64,000 bases of DNA from assembly GCA_030390025.1 (NCBI GenBank), contig CM059432.1, positions 22,136,001 to 22,200,000 on the forward strand, given 5' to 3'. This DNA comes from Squalus acanthias (lineage: Eukaryota). Below, piece after piece: positions 61,565 through 64,000 of this stretch; within the stretch, counting starts at the first letter, position 1; the number at the start of each line of letters is the position of its first letter. The notes below the pieces were generated by a model. The model was given only the letters and a program-made list of their open reading frames with translations, was not told the origin of the DNA and searched no databases. The position numbers and the translations under genes are program-made.

Positions 61565-63537
61565 CATTCAAGGCCACCTACAGACCAAGCACCCAAGGTC
61601 CTACCCCACTGCGGGCCAAGAACAGAGAGGTACTCATCAAGGACAGGGAGGCAGTCAGTGCCCGCTGGAAGGAGCACTTCGAGGATCTCCTTAACTGAGA
61701 ATCTGTCTTCGATGTGAGTGTCTTCAACTCCATCCCGCAGCATGCTACCCGCCACCACCTCAGCACAACCCCAGCCCAGCATGAGGTTGAAAAGGCCATC
61801 TGACAACTGAAGAACAACAAGGCCTCAGGAGCAGATGGAATCCCTGCCGAGGCACTAAAGCATGGCAGAGAAGCACTACTGGCGCAAATTCATGAACTCA
61901 TTTCTCTTATCTGGAAGGAGGAGAGCATGCCAGGGGATCTCAGAGACGCCGTAATTGTGACCATCTTCAAGAAAGGTGACAAGTCCGATTGCGGTAATTA
62001 CAGAGGAGTTTCCCTGCTGTCTGCCGCAGGGAAATTCATCGCAAGAATCCTCCTCAATCGCCTTCTCCCAGTGGCTGAAGAGTTCCTCCAAGAGTTGCAA
62101 CGCGGATTCCGCCCACTAAGGGGCACAATGGAAAAGATCTTCACCGCACGTCAATTAAAAGAGAAATGCAGGGAACAGCACCAACCACTGTACATGGCCT
62201 TCTTTGACCTCACAAAGGCCTTCAACACTGTCAACCGTGAGGGATTATGGAGTGTCCTCCTCAAATTCGGCTGCCCTCAAAAGTTTGTCACCATCCTTCG
62301 CCTGCTTCACGAAAACATGCAAGCCGTGATCCTGACCAACAGTTCCACCACAGACCCAATTCACGTACGGACCGGGGTCAAGCAAGGCTGTGTCATCGCA
62401 CCAACGCTCTTCTCGATCTTCCTTGCTGCAATGCTCCATCTCACCCTCAGTAAGCTCCCCGCTGGAGTGGAGCTAATTCACAGAACAAACGGGAAACTTT
62501 TCAACCTCTGTCGCCTCCAGTCCAGATCCAAGGTCGTCCCTTCCTCTATCATTGAATTACAGTATGCAGACAACGCTTGCATCTGCGCACACTCGGAGGT
62601 TGAACTCCAAACCATCGTCAACACCTTCACCGGGCCTTACACTAAACATCCGTAAGACAAAGGTTTTCTACCATCCTGCCCCCGCCACACAGTACTGCTC
62701 CCTGATTATCAAAATCCACGACAAGGCCTTGGACAACGTGGACCACTTTCCATACCTCGGGAGCCTACTGTCAACAAGGGCAGACGTCGACGACGAAGTC
62801 CAACACCGCCTTCAGTGTGCCAGTGCAGCCTTCAGTCACCTGAGGAAGAGAGAGTTTGAAGACCAGGACCTCAAACCTTGCACCAAGCTCATGGTCTACA
62901 GAGCAGTAGTGATAACCGCCCTCCTGTATGCCTCAGAGATATGGGCCATGTACAGCAGGCACCTCAAAGCACTGGAGAGGTACCACCAACACTGCCTCCG
63001 CAAGATCCTGCAGATCCATTGGCAGGATAGGCGCACCAACGTCAGTGTTCTCGCTCAGGCCAACATCCCCAGCATCGAAGCTTTGACCACGCTCGATCAG
63101 CTCCGATGGACGGGTCACATCGTCCGCATGCCCGATACGAGACTCCCAAAACAAGCGCTCTACTCAGAGCCCCGACACGGCAAGTGAGCCCCAGGTGGGC
63201 AGAGGAAATGCTTCAAGGACACCCTCAAAGCCTCCTTGAAAAAGTGCAACATCCCCACTGACACCTGCGAATCCCTGGCTAAAGACCGCGCAAAGTGGAG
63301 GAGAAGCATCCGGGAAGGCGCCGAACACCTTGAGTCTCTTCGCTGGGACCAAGTGAAAGCCAAGCGCAAGGAGCGCACGTCAACCCAAGCACCCCACCCA
63401 CTCACCCCTTCAACCACCGTCTGCCCTACCTGTGACAGAGACTGTAGGTCCCGCATTGGACTCATCAGTCACCTGAGAACTCATTTTTAATGTGGAAGCA
63501 AGTCATCCTCGGTTCCGAGGGACTGCCTAAGAAGAAA
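61565..63537 (+). mobile_element. 5'-truncated RTE-clade LINE with decayed RT and a C-terminal C2H2 finger
   Basis: NYRGVSLL, FDLTKAF, GVKQGC, QYADN, FPYLGS and CPTC..HLRTH, followed by an (AAG)n tail. Contains stops and a frameshift. Confidence 0.92.
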
Positions 63538-64000
63538 GACATTCCCACTAGAGTGACAACATAACATAAGAACCGTGATTAGTTTTCCACCTCCAAGTCA
63601 CATGCCATCCTAACTTAGAAGTATATCGCCGATCCTTCATCATCGCTGGGTCAAAATCCTGGAACTCCCTACCTAACAGCACTCTGGGAGTACCTTCACC
63701 ACACGAACTGCAGCGGTTCAAGTAGGCGGCTCACCACCACCTTCTCAAGGGCAATTAGGGATGGGCAATAAATGCTGGCCTTGCCAGCGACGCCCACATC
63801 CCATAAACAAATTAAAAAAAACTCTTAGCTCAGAGGTGCATATAGTGCCTTTAATGTAGAGATGCGTCCCAAGAGGTCTGAGGAAAACAGATGATGAGCC
63901 AAAGAAGAGAATATTAGGAAGCCACTAAAAGCCTTTTCAAAGACGTGGGTTTTAATGAGAGTCTTAAAGGAGGAGTGAGAGGCGGAGGTATGGAAGGGTT

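Overview
Vertebrate genomic DNA, most likely elasmobranch (shark/ray), judged by its HE1-type V-SINEs, DeuSINE-like SINEs and esterase-type CR1 LINEs. I could not identify a host-gene exon: most of the window is transposable elements with AT-rich unique stretches between them. Main contents: (1) An intact full-length CR1 LINE (2199-7109, minus) with 74-bp tandem 5' monomers, nested in an older CR1. (2) That older CR1 also holds a non-autonomous Harbinger and a two-gene PIF/Harbinger transposon with an intact transposase, whose spliced Myb/SANT gene is interrupted by a Penelope-like element carrying a hammerhead ribozyme. (3) A second Harbinger family with a deleted transposase. (4) A solo LTR, a second full-length decayed CR1 (46820-51177), RTE, L2 and CR1-group fragments, many MITEs and a Gypsy integrase fossil. 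Top observation: both full-length CR1s end ORF1 with the slippery heptamer U_UUA_AAC directly before the stop codon, and ORF2 is open in the -1 frame from that point. The intact copy has no AUG before the end of its endonuclease domain. This suggests programmed -1 ribosomal frameshifting that makes an ORF1-ORF2 fusion in a LINE. Element boundaries are base-exact where a target-site duplication (TSD) is quoted and approximate elsewhere.
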